From the NCBI GenBank assembly GCA_963761425.1, contig CAVXGQ010000002.1, forward strand, positions 714-64,713: a DNA stretch of 64,000 bases. The letters run 5' to 3'. The DNA is from an uncultured Acidimicrobiaceae bacterium (GTDB lineage Bacteria; Actinomycetota; Acidimicrobiia; Acidimicrobiales; Bog-793). The translations under genes and the position numbers were made by a program. The notes below the pieces were generated by a model. That model saw only the letters and a list, made by a program, of their open reading frames with translations, searched no databases and was not told where the DNA came from. Shown one piece after another: positions 18,192 through 28,224 of the stretch (position 1 is its first letter; each line of letters starts with the position of its first letter).

Positions 18192-19076
18192 ATGGCGGAG
18201 ATCACTCGTCGACGTTCGGGCGAACTTGTGCGCGGCGTGCTTCAAGTCCTCGCTGAGCATCCTGACGGTCTCCAGGCACGTGATGTTCTGACCGAACTTG
18301 AGCAGCGAGTTTCGCCTACGCCGTTTGAGCAGAGCTTCTACCCGAATCGACCTGGTGTTCGGCGGTACGAAAAAATCATCCGCTTTATGACGATCAATGC
18401 CGTGAAGGCCGGGTGGCTCACCAAGAGCAAAGGAACCTGGTCGGTTACGCCTGACGGTCTGGTGGCACTCGACGCGTTTCCTGACCCTGAGAAGTTCATG
18501 CTGGAGTCGGTTCGCCTCTACCGAGCGTGGAAGAAGGAACAGCCCGAAGTCGACAGCCAGGACATCGAAGAAACCGTAGAGACGCCTTCGAGCACGCTGG
18601 AGGAAGCCGAGGAGTCGGCTTGGCAGGAGGTATCGGGGTTTCTAGCGGACATGAATCCCTATGAGTTCCAAGAAATGGTCGCGGCGCTCCTGCGCGCGAT
18701 GGGCTACTACACGGCGTGGGTGTCTCCACCCGGCCCAGATCGGGGGCTTGACATCCTTGCGTTCAACGACCCGCTGGGGGCGGCTGGGCCGCGGATCAAG
18801 GTTCAGGTCAAGCGTCGAGCTGACAAGATCAACGTCGATGGTGTCCGCGCGTTCATGGCTCTCCTCGGTAGTCAGGATGTGGGAATCTTCATCTCTGCAG
18901 GCGGGTTTACGTCGGAAGCGGAGCGGGAGGTCCGGAGCCAGGAGAATCGTCGCATCTCTCTCATTGACCTTGAACGACTATTCGATCTGTGGGTCGAGCA
19001 CTACGACGCAATCCCCGAGGACGGACGACAACTACTTCCGCTGAAGGCCGTGTATTTCCTCGCTCCCCGAGACTGA
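18192..19076 (+). CDS. mrr: Mrr-type (type IV) restriction endonuclease with N-terminal winged-helix domain
   Basis: The N-terminal domain is Mrr_N-like (ELVRGVLQVLAEHPDGLQARDVL..). The C-terminal part is an Mrr catalytic core (PYEFQEMVAALLRAMGY..GPDRGLDILA..IKVQVKRR..VGIFISAGGFTSEA). Confidence 0.85.
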   Translation: MAEITRRRSGELVRGVLQVLAEHPDGLQARDVLTELEQRVSPTPFEQSFYPNRPGVRRYEKIIRFMTINAVKAGWLTKSKGTWSVTPDGLVALDAFPDPEKFMLESVRLYRAWKKEQPEVDSQDIEETVETPSSTLEEAEESAWQEVSGFLADMNPYEFQEMVAALLRAMGYYTAWVSPPGPDRGLDILAFNDPLGAAGPRIKVQVKRRADKINVDGVRAFMALLGSQDVGIFISAGGFTSEAEREVRSQENRRISLIDLERLFDLWVEHYDAIPEDGRQLLPLKAVYFLAPRD

Positions 19077-19099
19077 ACGATCCGGCGATTAGGGGCACC

Positions 19100-19125
19100 G
19101 GAACCCACTTTGGAGGACTCACGTT
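19100..19125 (+). promoter_or_regulatory. possible ECF-sigma-type promoter GGAAC-N17-CGTT
   Basis: GGAAC lies at 19100-19104 and CGTT at 19122-19125, separated by 17 nt. It is about 54 nt upstream of the start of the secreted-protein gene at 19179. This is a pattern match only. Confidence 0.3.
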
Positions 19126-19178
19126 CTGGGGCACGGCCGACGGTGAGCAATTGACGGAGGCGGGGGCCGCGGCACAGC

Positions 19179-20384
19179 GTGTCGGTGGCCAATGGCAAGA
19201 TTCCGCTAGTGGGTGCGATCTTCGTTTCGGCTGTCGTATTGCTCCTCGGACTCGCTTTGCCGACGCGAGCGCCCGGACTCGTCAACAACGGCGCCAAGGT
19301 TCACTCGGCTCGTCAATCGCTCGCTCCTGCTTGCTGGTCAGGATCGCTTCTGCTCACCGTGACTCCCAGCGAAGTGCATCCGGGTGAAGTCGTGAGCCTT
19401 TCACCGAACGTCGGCAATACCCGCCTTCTCATCGGGGGCACGGTCACAGAATTCGAATCGAGATCGCTCGGCCAATGGATCCTCGCCGACTACCTGACTT
19501 CTCCGTACGGGACCGCGACGAATTATGGCGTCGTCTCGGCAAGGGGATCCGCGGGATTCCTCGGCGTCGGCACCTACGCGCCGATCGAGGTCCGCATCCC
19601 TGACGTCCGCAGCGGCACCTATCGTCTGGCCAGTTACTTCAGCCCTGCCGGCGGCAACGGCTCCTTCCTCCCGGGCCACTACCCCAACAAGGGCGCCTAC
19701 CTCTGCAGCGAGGTCCAGGTCTTGTCGACGAGGCCGACGCTCTCGGCCTCGAACGACGTCTCCGTGCAAGCCATCCCGTCTTCGGGCTTGCGGGACGGCA
19801 AGCACATCCGAGTCAATGTGTCAGGCTTCGGCGTACGAGGGGTCGTCTCTCTTTCTGAGTGCGCGTTCTTTGGGGTTGTCGCCACATCGGGCTGTGGCAC
19901 GGCGCTCAATTCCGATTCCTTGATCCATGTCAACAAGAACGGGACGGCGTCCGTGACCTACGTTGCCGCTGGCCGCGCGCTTTCGTCTTCTCGTGGTCGG
20001 ACGTTTCCATGCACGGCGACGAACTGCGTGCTCGTCGCGACGCTCGGATCTGGCTTCGCGTACGCGGTCACCCGACTCAGTTTTCGCGTACCAGGTGCTG
20101 CAACGGGCTACCTGCACTTCGTCGGTGGTCCCGCCCCCGGGCTGGACAAACCGATTCCAGGGACCGTCCGATTCCAAGCCAGCTCCGGCGCTTCCTATGA
20201 GACAAGCCCGGCATCGGACGGCGAATTCTCGCTCATCCTCCCACCCGGTCGGTACCTAGTAGAGGCGAGGAGTCCAAACTTTATTTCGGTTGGCACAGAA
20301 TGGCCGTGCAGAGGCCAACCCGATTCATTAGTGGTGAAGCCGGGTCAAACGATTGATGAGCCCGTCTTCTGCGATGCGCCGTAG
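19179..20384 (+). CDS. secreted/anchored hypothetical protein (Ig-like/carboxypeptidase-regulatory-like C-terminus)
   Basis: 401-aa ORF with an N-terminal signal/anchor (IPLVGAIFVSAVVLLLGLALP). The body is beta-rich and Cys-paired. The C-terminal stretch GRYLVEARSPNF..VVKPGQT is reminiscent of CarboxypepD_reg-like domains. Confidence 0.6.
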   Translation: MSVANGKIPLVGAIFVSAVVLLLGLALPTRAPGLVNNGAKVHSARQSLAPACWSGSLLLTVTPSEVHPGEVVSLSPNVGNTRLLIGGTVTEFESRSLGQWILADYLTSPYGTATNYGVVSARGSAGFLGVGTYAPIEVRIPDVRSGTYRLASYFSPAGGNGSFLPGHYPNKGAYLCSEVQVLSTRPTLSASNDVSVQAIPSSGLRDGKHIRVNVSGFGVRGVVSLSECAFFGVVATSGCGTALNSDSLIHVNKNGTASVTYVAAGRALSSSRGRTFPCTATNCVLVATLGSGFAYAVTRLSFRVPGAATGYLHFVGGPAPGLDKPIPGTVRFQASSGASYETSPASDGEFSLILPPGRYLVEARSPNFISVGTEWPCRGQPDSLVVKPGQTIDEPVFCDAP

Positions 20385-20438
20385 CGAAACCGTCGCGGGC
20401 ATGTCGGTCGATCCGGCGTTGTGGGGCAGTCTGTTCAG

Positions 20439-21068
20439 ATGAACCCGGTAGAGGCAGCTAACCCTTTTGACCCCGAGGCCGTACTTTCCTCGTATTCCGA
20501 GGGAGTCTGCGCGATCGAACGAGCCGCTGCCGTGACCGTGGACTGGGAGGCTCCGACCCCCTGTGGCGAATGGCGGGTCGTAGAACTCGTTGGCCATCTC
20601 CTTGCCATTGTCCGTTACTACCATCGCCTTCTCGACGCTGCCTCTGCAGGCAGGCCGCTGATCGAATTGCCCCGAGGCGGGCGACTCGCGGCGATGAATG
20701 CCGACGACCTCTCCGGTCTTTCCGAAACTGAAGGCGCGGAGCGCAGCCGCCGGTTTGTTCATGAAGCAAGAGGCTACGCAGCGCGCCTCCGCGACATCGA
20801 CTGGAGCCTGACCCTCGGAGTTTGGTCGGGTCTCGGTCCTCTTTCTGTCGGTGAGCACACAGGGGTGGTTCTCGGAGAATGGCACGTGCATGCCTGGGAT
20901 CTCGCCCGGTCGGCGGGCATCGACCACCGCCCTAGCGATGCCGAGATGATTGCGAATGGACAACAAGCCGTGCTTCGGGCCGTCGGCCCCGGCGACCCAT
21001 GGATCGCCGTGCTGCGCGGTTACGGCCGCGATCCCGACTGGTCACGTCCCCCGGGCGGGACTGCATGA
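20439..21068 (+). CDS. DinB-like / mycothiol-dependent maleylpyruvate-isomerase N-terminal domain family protein
   Basis: PTPCGEWRVVELVGHLL and the later HVHAWDL motif are typical of the actinobacterial TIGR03083/MDMPI_N family. The track start at 20421 is a GTG inside the intergenic motif, so ATG 20439 is preferred. Confidence 0.75.
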   Translation: MNPVEAANPFDPEAVLSSYSEGVCAIERAAAVTVDWEAPTPCGEWRVVELVGHLLAIVRYYHRLLDAASAGRPLIELPRGGRLAAMNADDLSGLSETEGAERSRRFVHEARGYAARLRDIDWSLTLGVWSGLGPLSVGEHTGVVLGEWHVHAWDLARSAGIDHRPSDAEMIANGQQAVLRAVGPGDPWIAVLRGYGRDPDWSRPPGGTA

Positions 21069-21132
21069 AGCACGCCATTTGGATCCAGCCGGCGTTCGGG
21101 GGCACTCCATCGCCAGGCGCGAGAATGTGCGA

Positions 21133-21597
21133 ATGGCAAATCCGAGCTACTCAGAGTCGATCGTGATCGCCCGCCCAGCAGAGCTGCTCTACGACATGGT
21201 CTCCGACGTCACTCGAATGGGCGAATGGAGTCCGGTTTGCAAAGCCTGCTGGTGGGACGAAGGTGACGGCCCACGAGTAGGTGGGCGGTTCACCGGTCGC
21301 AACGAGACTTCCGCGCGGACGTGGGAGACGCGCTCCGAAGTCGTGGCGGCAGATCGGGGTCGAGAGTTCGCCTTTGTCGTTGGTGATTCGTGGGTTCGTT
21401 GGGGCTACACGTTCACCCCGGTTGAAGGTGGGACGAGGGTGACTGAGTCTTGGGAGTTCCTCCCGGCTGGCATCGCACGATTCGAGGAGCGATTCGGTGA
21501 TGACGCTCTCGTCCAGATTGCTGATCGAACCGAGGCTGCCCATCAGGGGATCCCAGCGACCCTTTTAGCGATCAAGAGGGCTGCAGAATCGGAGTGA
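21133..21597 (+). CDS. SRPBCC-family (polyketide cyclase/dehydrase-like) protein
   Basis: The sequence SIVIARPAELLYDMVSDVTRMGEWSPVC..RFTGRNE..WETRSEVV..FAFVVG..VRWGYTF is typical of SRPBCC proteins. It is the internal Met of ORF 20950..21597. Confidence 0.75.
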   Translation: MANPSYSESIVIARPAELLYDMVSDVTRMGEWSPVCKACWWDEGDGPRVGGRFTGRNETSARTWETRSEVVAADRGREFAFVVGDSWVRWGYTFTPVEGGTRVTESWEFLPAGIARFEERFGDDALVQIADRTEAAHQGIPATLLAIKRAAESE

Positions 21598-21735
21598 ACC
21601 CAATTGGATGGGGAAACGAAGGGTCGACGGGTACCTCTGACCTACCCGGCGATCAGGGGTACCCGGAGACGCCCTGGCCGAGGTTCCTCGGAGCGTTGGG
21701 CTCCGTTAGATGAAGGCGCCCACTGGACACAGCAA

Positions 21736-22662
21736 CTACTTCACGGCGCCGATCACACCTCCGCCAATGGCGGCAATCAGGATTCCGGTCAGGGCAATCC
21801 GCGCTGCTCGAGAGCCTGGCTCAGGCATTTTGAAAACCCAGATCCCAATGCTGGCATTAACGAGCAGGCTTAGCTGGGCGATGGTGAAGCCCACTCCAGT
21901 GCCCACTCGCGAGACCAAGCCAAGCAGAGCGAGATTGCCGACGCCGAATAGAAGCCCAGCCGCCAACTCCAAGGTTGTCACCCTGAGACTCAATCTGAAT
22001 GGTTTGCGGGCAGGCAGCGCGAGAAGGAACCCGCCAGTGAGGATGCCGAGCGAGAGGGGAAAGTTGGCCACCTGCGTCGGCACCTTTGCCCACTGAGCTG
22101 GCACGAAATAGCTACCCCACAGCAATCCTGCCGCAACGGCCCAGAGCAGGCCGCGTTGATATGTGTTGCTGGCCTTTGAAGTCAACGCCGGCGGTCCTAC
22201 CAACGTGACGACAGACGGGGAGATGCCAGCAGCATCTTGCGAACGCACAATGAGCAGTACCCCGACAAGGATGAACACGAGCGCCAGCGCTACCACTGTG
22301 AAGCGGGTGGAGCTGAAGCTCTTCAATTCGCCAAAAAGAAGGGCGCCCCACACGAACGCGGTGATGATGTTCAGTGGCGTCCAGGACCCAGCGGCACGGG
22401 CCAGTCCGATTGCTTCGGTGGCCCGAAAGGCGGAATAGTTTCCGACCGTCCACACCAAGCCCCCGGCCAAAGGCAGCCAGAACTCGCGCCAGCCGAAAGA
22501 GAGATGACCACCGCTGGAGACGAGCGCAATCGTTGCGAAAGCGAAGTTGCCAACGGTCACGTAGAAAGTCCGCAAGCGTTGGGGCACACCGCGTGCGACC
22601 TGAGCCATCGGTATCCAGGTGCCCCACGCCACCACCGTGATGAGTGCGAGGAGCGCGGTCAT
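21736..22662 (-). CDS. GRP/DMT-superfamily sugar transporter (GlcU/RbsU-like)
   Basis: About 308 aa with roughly 10 TM helices, beginning MTALLALITVVAWGTWIPMAQ. The family assignment rests on overall pattern only. Confidence 0.6.
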   Translation of the reverse strand: MTALLALITVVAWGTWIPMAQVARGVPQRLRTFYVTVGNFAFATIALVSSGGHLSFGWREFWLPLAGGLVWTVGNYSAFRATEAIGLARAAGSWTPLNIITAFVWGALLFGELKSFSSTRFTVVALALVFILVGVLLIVRSQDAAGISPSVVTLVGPPALTSKASNTYQRGLLWAVAAGLLWGSYFVPAQWAKVPTQVANFPLSLGILTGGFLLALPARKPFRLSLRVTTLELAAGLLFGVGNLALLGLVSRVGTGVGFTIAQLSLLVNASIGIWVFKMPEPGSRAARIALTGILIAAIGGGVIGAVK

Positions 22663-23009
22663 GTGCGTCTCGTTGTGCGTTCGGTCAGCTTCGAGCTTCG
22701 AAGCCAGACGGTAGGTGCGCGTTAAAGCCCACGATGATCCATTCAATAGCCGGTGTTTCGTCCGTCATCGGGCTCCAGGCTACATTTCGCCGCCCGATTG
22801 CTTGACGGCTTTACAACGCTAGTCAACGATCTCTGGCCCCTAAAGAGTGGGGTGTCGCCTCAGGGCCGCTCGGCGGAATAGCCGGCGTTATGGGGCACCC
22901 CGTCGTACCGAACTGGTCGGCTGCGACGTGAACCTATTTTGCTCAGTCCACCCATGTGGCTGAGTGCCGTCGCTGGACAAATCGTTCGGTACCTAGCATT
23001 ATTCATTAG

Positions 23010-23471
23010 GTGGCTGACGAACTACAGGACCCGAGACATTCGTCGGCGGGAGCGTGGGCAAAGAGGTTGTACTTCGCAAGCCGAGCCGTGATGGAGTCGG
23101 TCCTGCGGCCATATGACATCGGATCGACGCAGTGGTACGTGCTGTACCAGCTGGCTAACGATGGACCAACGATGCAGCGCGATCTCGGTCGGATGCTCCA
23201 GATCGAGAGGGCGACGCTGAGCGGGATCGTGAGCACGCTCGTGCGTAAGGGCCTCGTCGAACAAACGCCCGACCCCGCTGATCAGCGCCAGCGGATGCTT
23301 CGAATCACAGCCTCGGGCCTGAAGGTCTGGGATGAACTACCCGCTCTCGCCCTCATTGAGGCAGTTGCATTCGACGGTGTGGACGCCGCAGAGCTCGCGA
23401 CGGTCGTCAAGGTGCTCCAGGCCGCGACGCAACGCCTCAAGGACCACTTATCGAAGGGACACGAATCATGA
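23010..23471 (+). CDS. MarR-family transcriptional regulator
   Basis: It has the winged HTH STQWYVLYQLANDGPTMQRDLGRMLQIERATLSGIVSTLVRKGLVEQTPDPADQRQRML. Its stop overlaps the next gene by 4 nt (ATGA). Confidence 0.9.
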   Translation: MADELQDPRHSSAGAWAKRLYFASRAVMESVLRPYDIGSTQWYVLYQLANDGPTMQRDLGRMLQIERATLSGIVSTLVRKGLVEQTPDPADQRQRMLRITASGLKVWDELPALALIEAVAFDGVDAAELATVVKVLQAATQRLKDHLSKGHES

Positions 23472-24283
23472 CGATCTTGCTCACCGGTGGTACCGGCCGC
23501 GTGGGGTCGCGGCTTATACCGCACCTTGTGGATGCGGGAGTGGAGTGTCGCGCGCTAGTGCGGGTTGGCAAAGGCGTCCCCAACGGGGTTACGCCGGTGG
23601 AGGGGGACATCCTCGATCCGGAGTCATTGTCGCGCGCAGTGGAAGGCGTCTCGGCGATCGTCCATTTCGCTGCGCTGCTGGGCACGCCCGACTCCGACGC
23701 GATCTGGAAGGTCAACCTCGAGGGCACACGCAATCTCATCGCCGCCGCACAGCTACACGCACCTGAGGCACGTTTCGTGATGGCGAGCACCGGGCTGGTC
23801 TACGACGAGGATGCCGTGCATCCGGCCTTGGAGGATGACCCGGCGACTCCGACCACCGCCTACCCCGCGAGCAAGCTTGCAGCCGAACACGAACTCCGAG
23901 ACAGCGGACTGACGTGGAGTGTTCTCCGCCTTGGGTTTGTCTACGGCGACGGGGACGGACACCTTGCATTGGCCCCTCAGCTCTTGTCGGCCTGGAAGTG
24001 GCACCCAGCCCAGACCCTGAGTCTGATCCATCAGCGCGACGTCGCAACCGCGGTCGAACTTGCATTGACGGGAGCCATGGACGGGCACATCGTAAACATC
24101 GTCGATGAAGCACCGACCACCATCTACGAGATTGCCAGCCTCGTCGGCGCCGCTTGTGAAGAGTCGGGCGATCCCCTTCCCAACCCGTGGAAGGGCCACG
24201 CGGATGGGTCCCTCGCTCGCCGCCTTGGCTTCCAGCCGACAGTGCCGACCGTGTACCAGGCCATCCGAGAAGGCGCACTGTGA
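23468..24283 (+). CDS. NAD(P)-dependent epimerase/dehydratase-family (atypical SDR) protein
   Basis: It has the Rossmann motif ILLTGGTGRVGSRLIPHLV and YPASKLAAE (the YxxxK catalytic pair). Confidence 0.85.
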   Translation: MTILLTGGTGRVGSRLIPHLVDAGVECRALVRVGKGVPNGVTPVEGDILDPESLSRAVEGVSAIVHFAALLGTPDSDAIWKVNLEGTRNLIAAAQLHAPEARFVMASTGLVYDEDAVHPALEDDPATPTTAYPASKLAAEHELRDSGLTWSVLRLGFVYGDGDGHLALAPQLLSAWKWHPAQTLSLIHQRDVATAVELALTGAMDGHIVNIVDEAPTTIYEIASLVGAACEESGDPLPNPWKGHADGSLARRLGFQPTVPTVYQAIREGAL

Positions 24284-24489
24284 AGCTCGGCCGGACCTCG
24301 GATCTGCTGACATTTCGGTCTAGCCCGAAAGTGCCGAATGGTGGCGCACTCCCGGCGATAAGGGACACCCACGACCGAGGCGGTTGAGTCGCGATTATGA
24401 GACGGTCTTGGATCCCCGACGCCGTTCCCGTCGAGCGAACGCAATCGACGTCCGGACGGTGCGCATTTACGACAAGGTAGGCTACTTGC

Positions 24490-25095
24490 ATGTCGACGTG
24501 GGGTTCCAGCGAACCTTCCGATCGTGCTGACCGCGCGGCAGAGACGAACCCTACGAAGCAGTTTCACCGCAGGGACAGAAGGCTCGCCATCGCATTCGTG
24601 CTTGCCGCACCCGTAGTCTTGATCGCGGCCGCGGCCACGGCCACGGCCGCATCAACCGATCACCGCGCCAAGGTCACCGCGTCGTTCGCCTCACCGGCGC
24701 AGTACAGAACGCACCCCGCAGTCACCTACGACCGGCAAAGCGTGCCCACGGGCAGTCAGGTGGAGGTGATGGAGCGGCCCAACGACAAAGGCGGGCTGGT
24801 CGTCACGCTCAGGGTCTGGGGGCTTGACCCGTACAGAAGGTACGACGCGTACGTGTACACCAAAAGATGCGGCGCCACACCCGCCGCCGCGGGCAGACGA
24901 ACGCAGAACGGGCCGAGCAAGGAGCACTATCCGCAGAACGAGGTCTGGCTCAACTTCAAGACCAACCGCCGTGGCGACGCCAGCTCTCAAGTATGGCAGT
25001 ACTGGGCGTTCAACCCCGGCCAAGCAAACTCCGTGGTGATCCAGTCGCGTGCCACCGGGGGGCGCGTGGCATGCGTCTCGGTGCCGTTCAACTAA
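24490..25095 (+). CDS. secreted hypothetical protein
   Basis: 201-aa ORF with a signal-like segment (LAIAFVLAAPVVLIAAAATATAAS) and a beta-rich body. There is a weak resemblance to Cu/Zn-SOD-like folds without the metal-ligand histidines. Confidence 0.5.
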   Translation: MSTWGSSEPSDRADRAAETNPTKQFHRRDRRLAIAFVLAAPVVLIAAAATATAASTDHRAKVTASFASPAQYRTHPAVTYDRQSVPTGSQVEVMERPNDKGGLVVTLRVWGLDPYRRYDAYVYTKRCGATPAAAGRRTQNGPSKEHYPQNEVWLNFKTNRRGDASSQVWQYWAFNPGQANSVVIQSRATGGRVACVSVPFN

Positions 25096-25426
25096 CGCGA
25101 TTCCTCGTCGTTCTGAATTGCGATCGTAAGCCCATAACGCTCGTTGATTCGATCAACAACTGCTCGGCAGAAGTGCCGTACTGCCGCACCTACCCGGCGA
25201 TCAGCCTCGCGCTCGACGCGCCAGTCGGCGAACATTATGGGACGCGACCTGCACTCCATATCCGTCTCGCTATGGCGCGATGTTGAGCTGATCTGAGCCC
25301 AAATTCTGGCTGTACATAAAGAACTTTCTTGTACGGGGTGAACACGCGAGGACCGTGTTGACGATGGTCGCAGCCCGCCGCCGGACCTGCGTGGGCGAGA
25401 GCCGCCACTCGAGCGCGGCGGAGCTT

Positions 25427-26665
25427 TTAGCCCGTCGACGCCCGGTACGGGCGGAAGAACGCGCGGAGCTCCTCCGCGTATAGCTCGGGCTCTTCGAACG
25501 GCGCGAAGTGCCCACCGCGCTCGGGCTCGGTCACGCGCACGACGTTCGCCGTGCGCTCGAGCCACGCCCGCGGCGGGCGGACGATGTCGCCGGGAAAGAG
25601 AGAGAAGCCGGATGGCACCTCGACCCGGCGGGCGAGCTGCGCGGGCGGGATAGCGGCGTTGGCGCGGTACATGCGCATCGACGAGCCGATCGTGCCCGTG
25701 AGCCAGTAGAGCGTGACGTTCGTGAGGATCTCGTCCTTTGTGAAGCGCCTCTCGACGTCCCCGTCACAGTCGCTCCACGCCCGAAGCTTCTCGACGATCC
25801 ACGCCGCGAGCCCGGCCGGCGAGTCGGTGAGGCCGACGGCGGCGGTCTGTGGCTTCGTGCGGTGCATGGCAGCGTAGGCGCCCTCGGTCGCGCCCCAGGC
25901 TGCGGCGCCCTCGAGCCAGGCGCGCTCCTCGGGCTTGAGGTCGGCTGGGTCGCCGGTAAAGACGGGCAGGCCCGCGTCGGTGCGGTGGACGGCCACGACC
26001 CGGTCGGGGTGGTCGAGCGCGAGATAGCGGCTCACGTGGCTGCCGATGTCCCCGCCAGCCGCACCGAAGCGAGCGTAGCCGAGGACGCCCATGAGCTCGG
26101 CCCACAGGCGAGCGACAGCGATCGAGTCGAGGGCCGGGCCGACGGGGCGGTCGGAGTACCCGTAGCCCGGCATGTCTGGCACGACCACGTCAAAAGCGTC
26201 GGCGGGGTCGGCGCCGTGGGCGCCGGGGTCGGAAAGTAGCGGGATGACCTTGATGTAGCGCCAGAACGAGTCCGGCCAGCCGTGGCTGAGGACCAACGGA
26301 AGGACGGGCCCAGCCGGAGCGGCCGCCCGGGCGTGCAGGAAGTGGATCCCGAGGCCACCGAGGCGAACGTGCAAGTGGGGCAGCTGGGCGAGCGCCATTT
26401 CCTGTGCCGGCCAGTCGAAGCCGTCTGCCCAGTAGGCGACGAGCTCGCGTAGATAGGCGAGGTCGGTCCCGAGCGACCACCCAGCCTCCTCGGGCGTGTC
26501 CGGCCAACGAGTCGCGCGCAGCCGCGCGTGGAGATCCTCGAGCACCGCCGGGGCGGTCTGTGGGGTAAACGGCTCTAGGTGGGGCGGGGCGTCCGGCACG
26601 AGACGCACCTTACCGGCCGCCGCCCTCGCGTCGGCTGTCGAACCTAGCGGGAGCGCCGCGGCCAT
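25427..26665 (-). CDS. epoxide hydrolase (microsomal EH-like alpha/beta hydrolase with EHN domain)
   Basis: The N-terminal EHN pattern is present (PFTPQTAPAVLEDLHARLRATRWPD..GWSLGTDLAYLRELVAYW..FDWPAQE). It is followed by IHFLHARA..PLVLSHGWPDSFW and the nucleophile region GGDIGS. Confidence 0.88.
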   Translation of the reverse strand: MAAALPLGSTADARAAAGKVRLVPDAPPHLEPFTPQTAPAVLEDLHARLRATRWPDTPEEAGWSLGTDLAYLRELVAYWADGFDWPAQEMALAQLPHLHVRLGGLGIHFLHARAAAPAGPVLPLVLSHGWPDSFWRYIKVIPLLSDPGAHGADPADAFDVVVPDMPGYGYSDRPVGPALDSIAVARLWAELMGVLGYARFGAAGGDIGSHVSRYLALDHPDRVVAVHRTDAGLPVFTGDPADLKPEERAWLEGAAAWGATEGAYAAMHRTKPQTAAVGLTDSPAGLAAWIVEKLRAWSDCDGDVERRFTKDEILTNVTLYWLTGTIGSSMRMYRANAAIPPAQLARRVEVPSGFSLFPGDIVRPPRAWLERTANVVRVTEPERGGHFAPFEEPELYAEELRAFFRPYRASTG

Positions 26666-27020
26666 AGCACCAAAGGTCGGGTCGTCTTTTCGGGCCCGTC
26701 ACAGCTTGTCGGAGCGACGACCGTTTTATGTGCGGTGGTTCTGGCGCGGGTTCAGGTCGGGATTTGCGGGCTTTGCAACACCAATATCCGTCGTTCGGCA
26801 CCGCAGCCCCGGCTCGGAGGCGCGCCGAATCAGCGATTTGCATCCGCGGAACTGTCCCAGAACGCAGCCGACAGGGTGCCTCGGGGTCGCCCGAAAGTGC
26901 CGGTAGGGGACGGTCGCCAAGGTGCCCACCACGTGCCCCGCTGGAGCAGGCGTTCGGGGGCACCCGCAGAATGTTCGACAGCAGGACTGGTGCGCACCCC
27001 ACGCGCGTTGCTAGGTAGGC

Positions 27021-27743
27021 TTACTCAACGAAGTAGAGAAGGACGTGGTGCCTGCGATCGAGAAACAGAAACTCGCCTTGGAGCGCGGGTCCTGAACGTG
27101 GCCCGGTCACGAACATCCACGAGTCACGGGCTAAGCGCTCTCCGCATCTTGTTGCAATGAGGTGTGTGAGATCGGGAGGCCCTTCAGAAGAGCGATAGGA
27201 CTCCAGCCGTCCGTTGAAGATTATCGTGATTGTTTGCTTCGATGAGTGGACGAAAATTGGAGTTCCAATTCGCCAGCCGTGAGCGATGACAGGCCAAAGC
27301 GTTCGATCGGTCAGCCGCAAATCATTGGTGAAGCTGCGCCCGAGGTTTCGAAGCAGACGACGTGCGTCTTCAACGTCTCGAGCCCGAAATGGCTGCACTC
27401 CTTCCACGGATGGACAGTGTCCAATGAGGTTCACCACGGGACGCGGGCTCGGCGCAGGATAGATGGCCGAAGGAAAACCCGGAGCTCCGACAGGGGGAAT
27501 CGGATACCTCTGGTGTCGGGCAACTGAAGTCATCGGCGACTTCCCTTTGCTCCCAGCTCCGGCCCCGGGAGCTGCGTCCGCGCGCCACGTAAATGCTCCC
27601 GAACTCACTTCGCCGATCAATGCAACCACGAGAACACCCTGCGTCAGAAGAGCCCACCGCCGAGGCGCAGTTCGTTGGCCGTCACCTGCACCGGGTGGCG
27701 CGATCTGGTCGTGGTCCGATTGATGGAACTTGCATCGGTGCAT
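27021..27743 (-). CDS. hypothetical membrane-anchored/secreted protein
   Basis: 240-aa ORF with one N-terminal hydrophobic helix (WALLTQGVLVVALIGEV). No family was recognised. Confidence 0.45.
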   Translation of the reverse strand: MHRCKFHQSDHDQIAPPGAGDGQRTAPRRWALLTQGVLVVALIGEVSSGAFTWRADAAPGAGAGSKGKSPMTSVARHQRYPIPPVGAPGFPSAIYPAPSPRPVVNLIGHCPSVEGVQPFRARDVEDARRLLRNLGRSFTNDLRLTDRTLWPVIAHGWRIGTPIFVHSSKQTITIIFNGRLESYRSSEGPPDLTHLIATRCGERLARDSWMFVTGPRSGPALQGEFLFLDRRHHVLLYFVE

Positions 27744-28049
27744 GTCGCTCTTCGTTCCGTCGGTTGGGGAATCTACTTCTCGCCCAACTATCTGTCGGTG
27801 ACGTCCTAGTCTCGGGCTTACAACCGCTTAGGAGCCGACTACCTCCGACCACCACTGCCGATCCGACCGCCCTGCGATCACGGGCGCGACATGGAGTGCG
27901 AAGCCGCAGAGCGGGACGCGGCGACGAAATGGCGCGAATGTGCAGGTTCCGGGCTTCGATGTCCCGCTGTTCAAAGTTGCCTCGCCCGATTCATGACAAG
28001 AATTAGCCGAAAAAGCCTCCCTGAGCGGGACCGCGTGAGGCATTCAACG

Positions 28050-28120
28050 AGTGTTCCGATGGCCGAGAGCTTTCTTGGCACGCTCCAGCTCGAGCTCCTC
28101 GACCGCAAGCGCTGGCGGCC
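28050..28120 (+). pseudogene. IS3-family transposase (OrfB) C-terminal fragment
   Basis: MAESFLGTLQLELLDRKRW (within ORF 27891..28406) matches the conserved ..AESFFgtLK.ELl.rrrw motif near the C-terminus of IS3 OrfB. No other transposase sequence lies around it. Confidence 0.55.
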
Positions 28121-28224
28121 CGATCGGGTTCCGCCCACCTGTAGCGACCAGGAGCCCTGCGGACCGCCCGAGGTGATGCCGATCGAGACGAGCACGGGTA
28201 GACCGGCCGGGCGGGCGGCAGCTT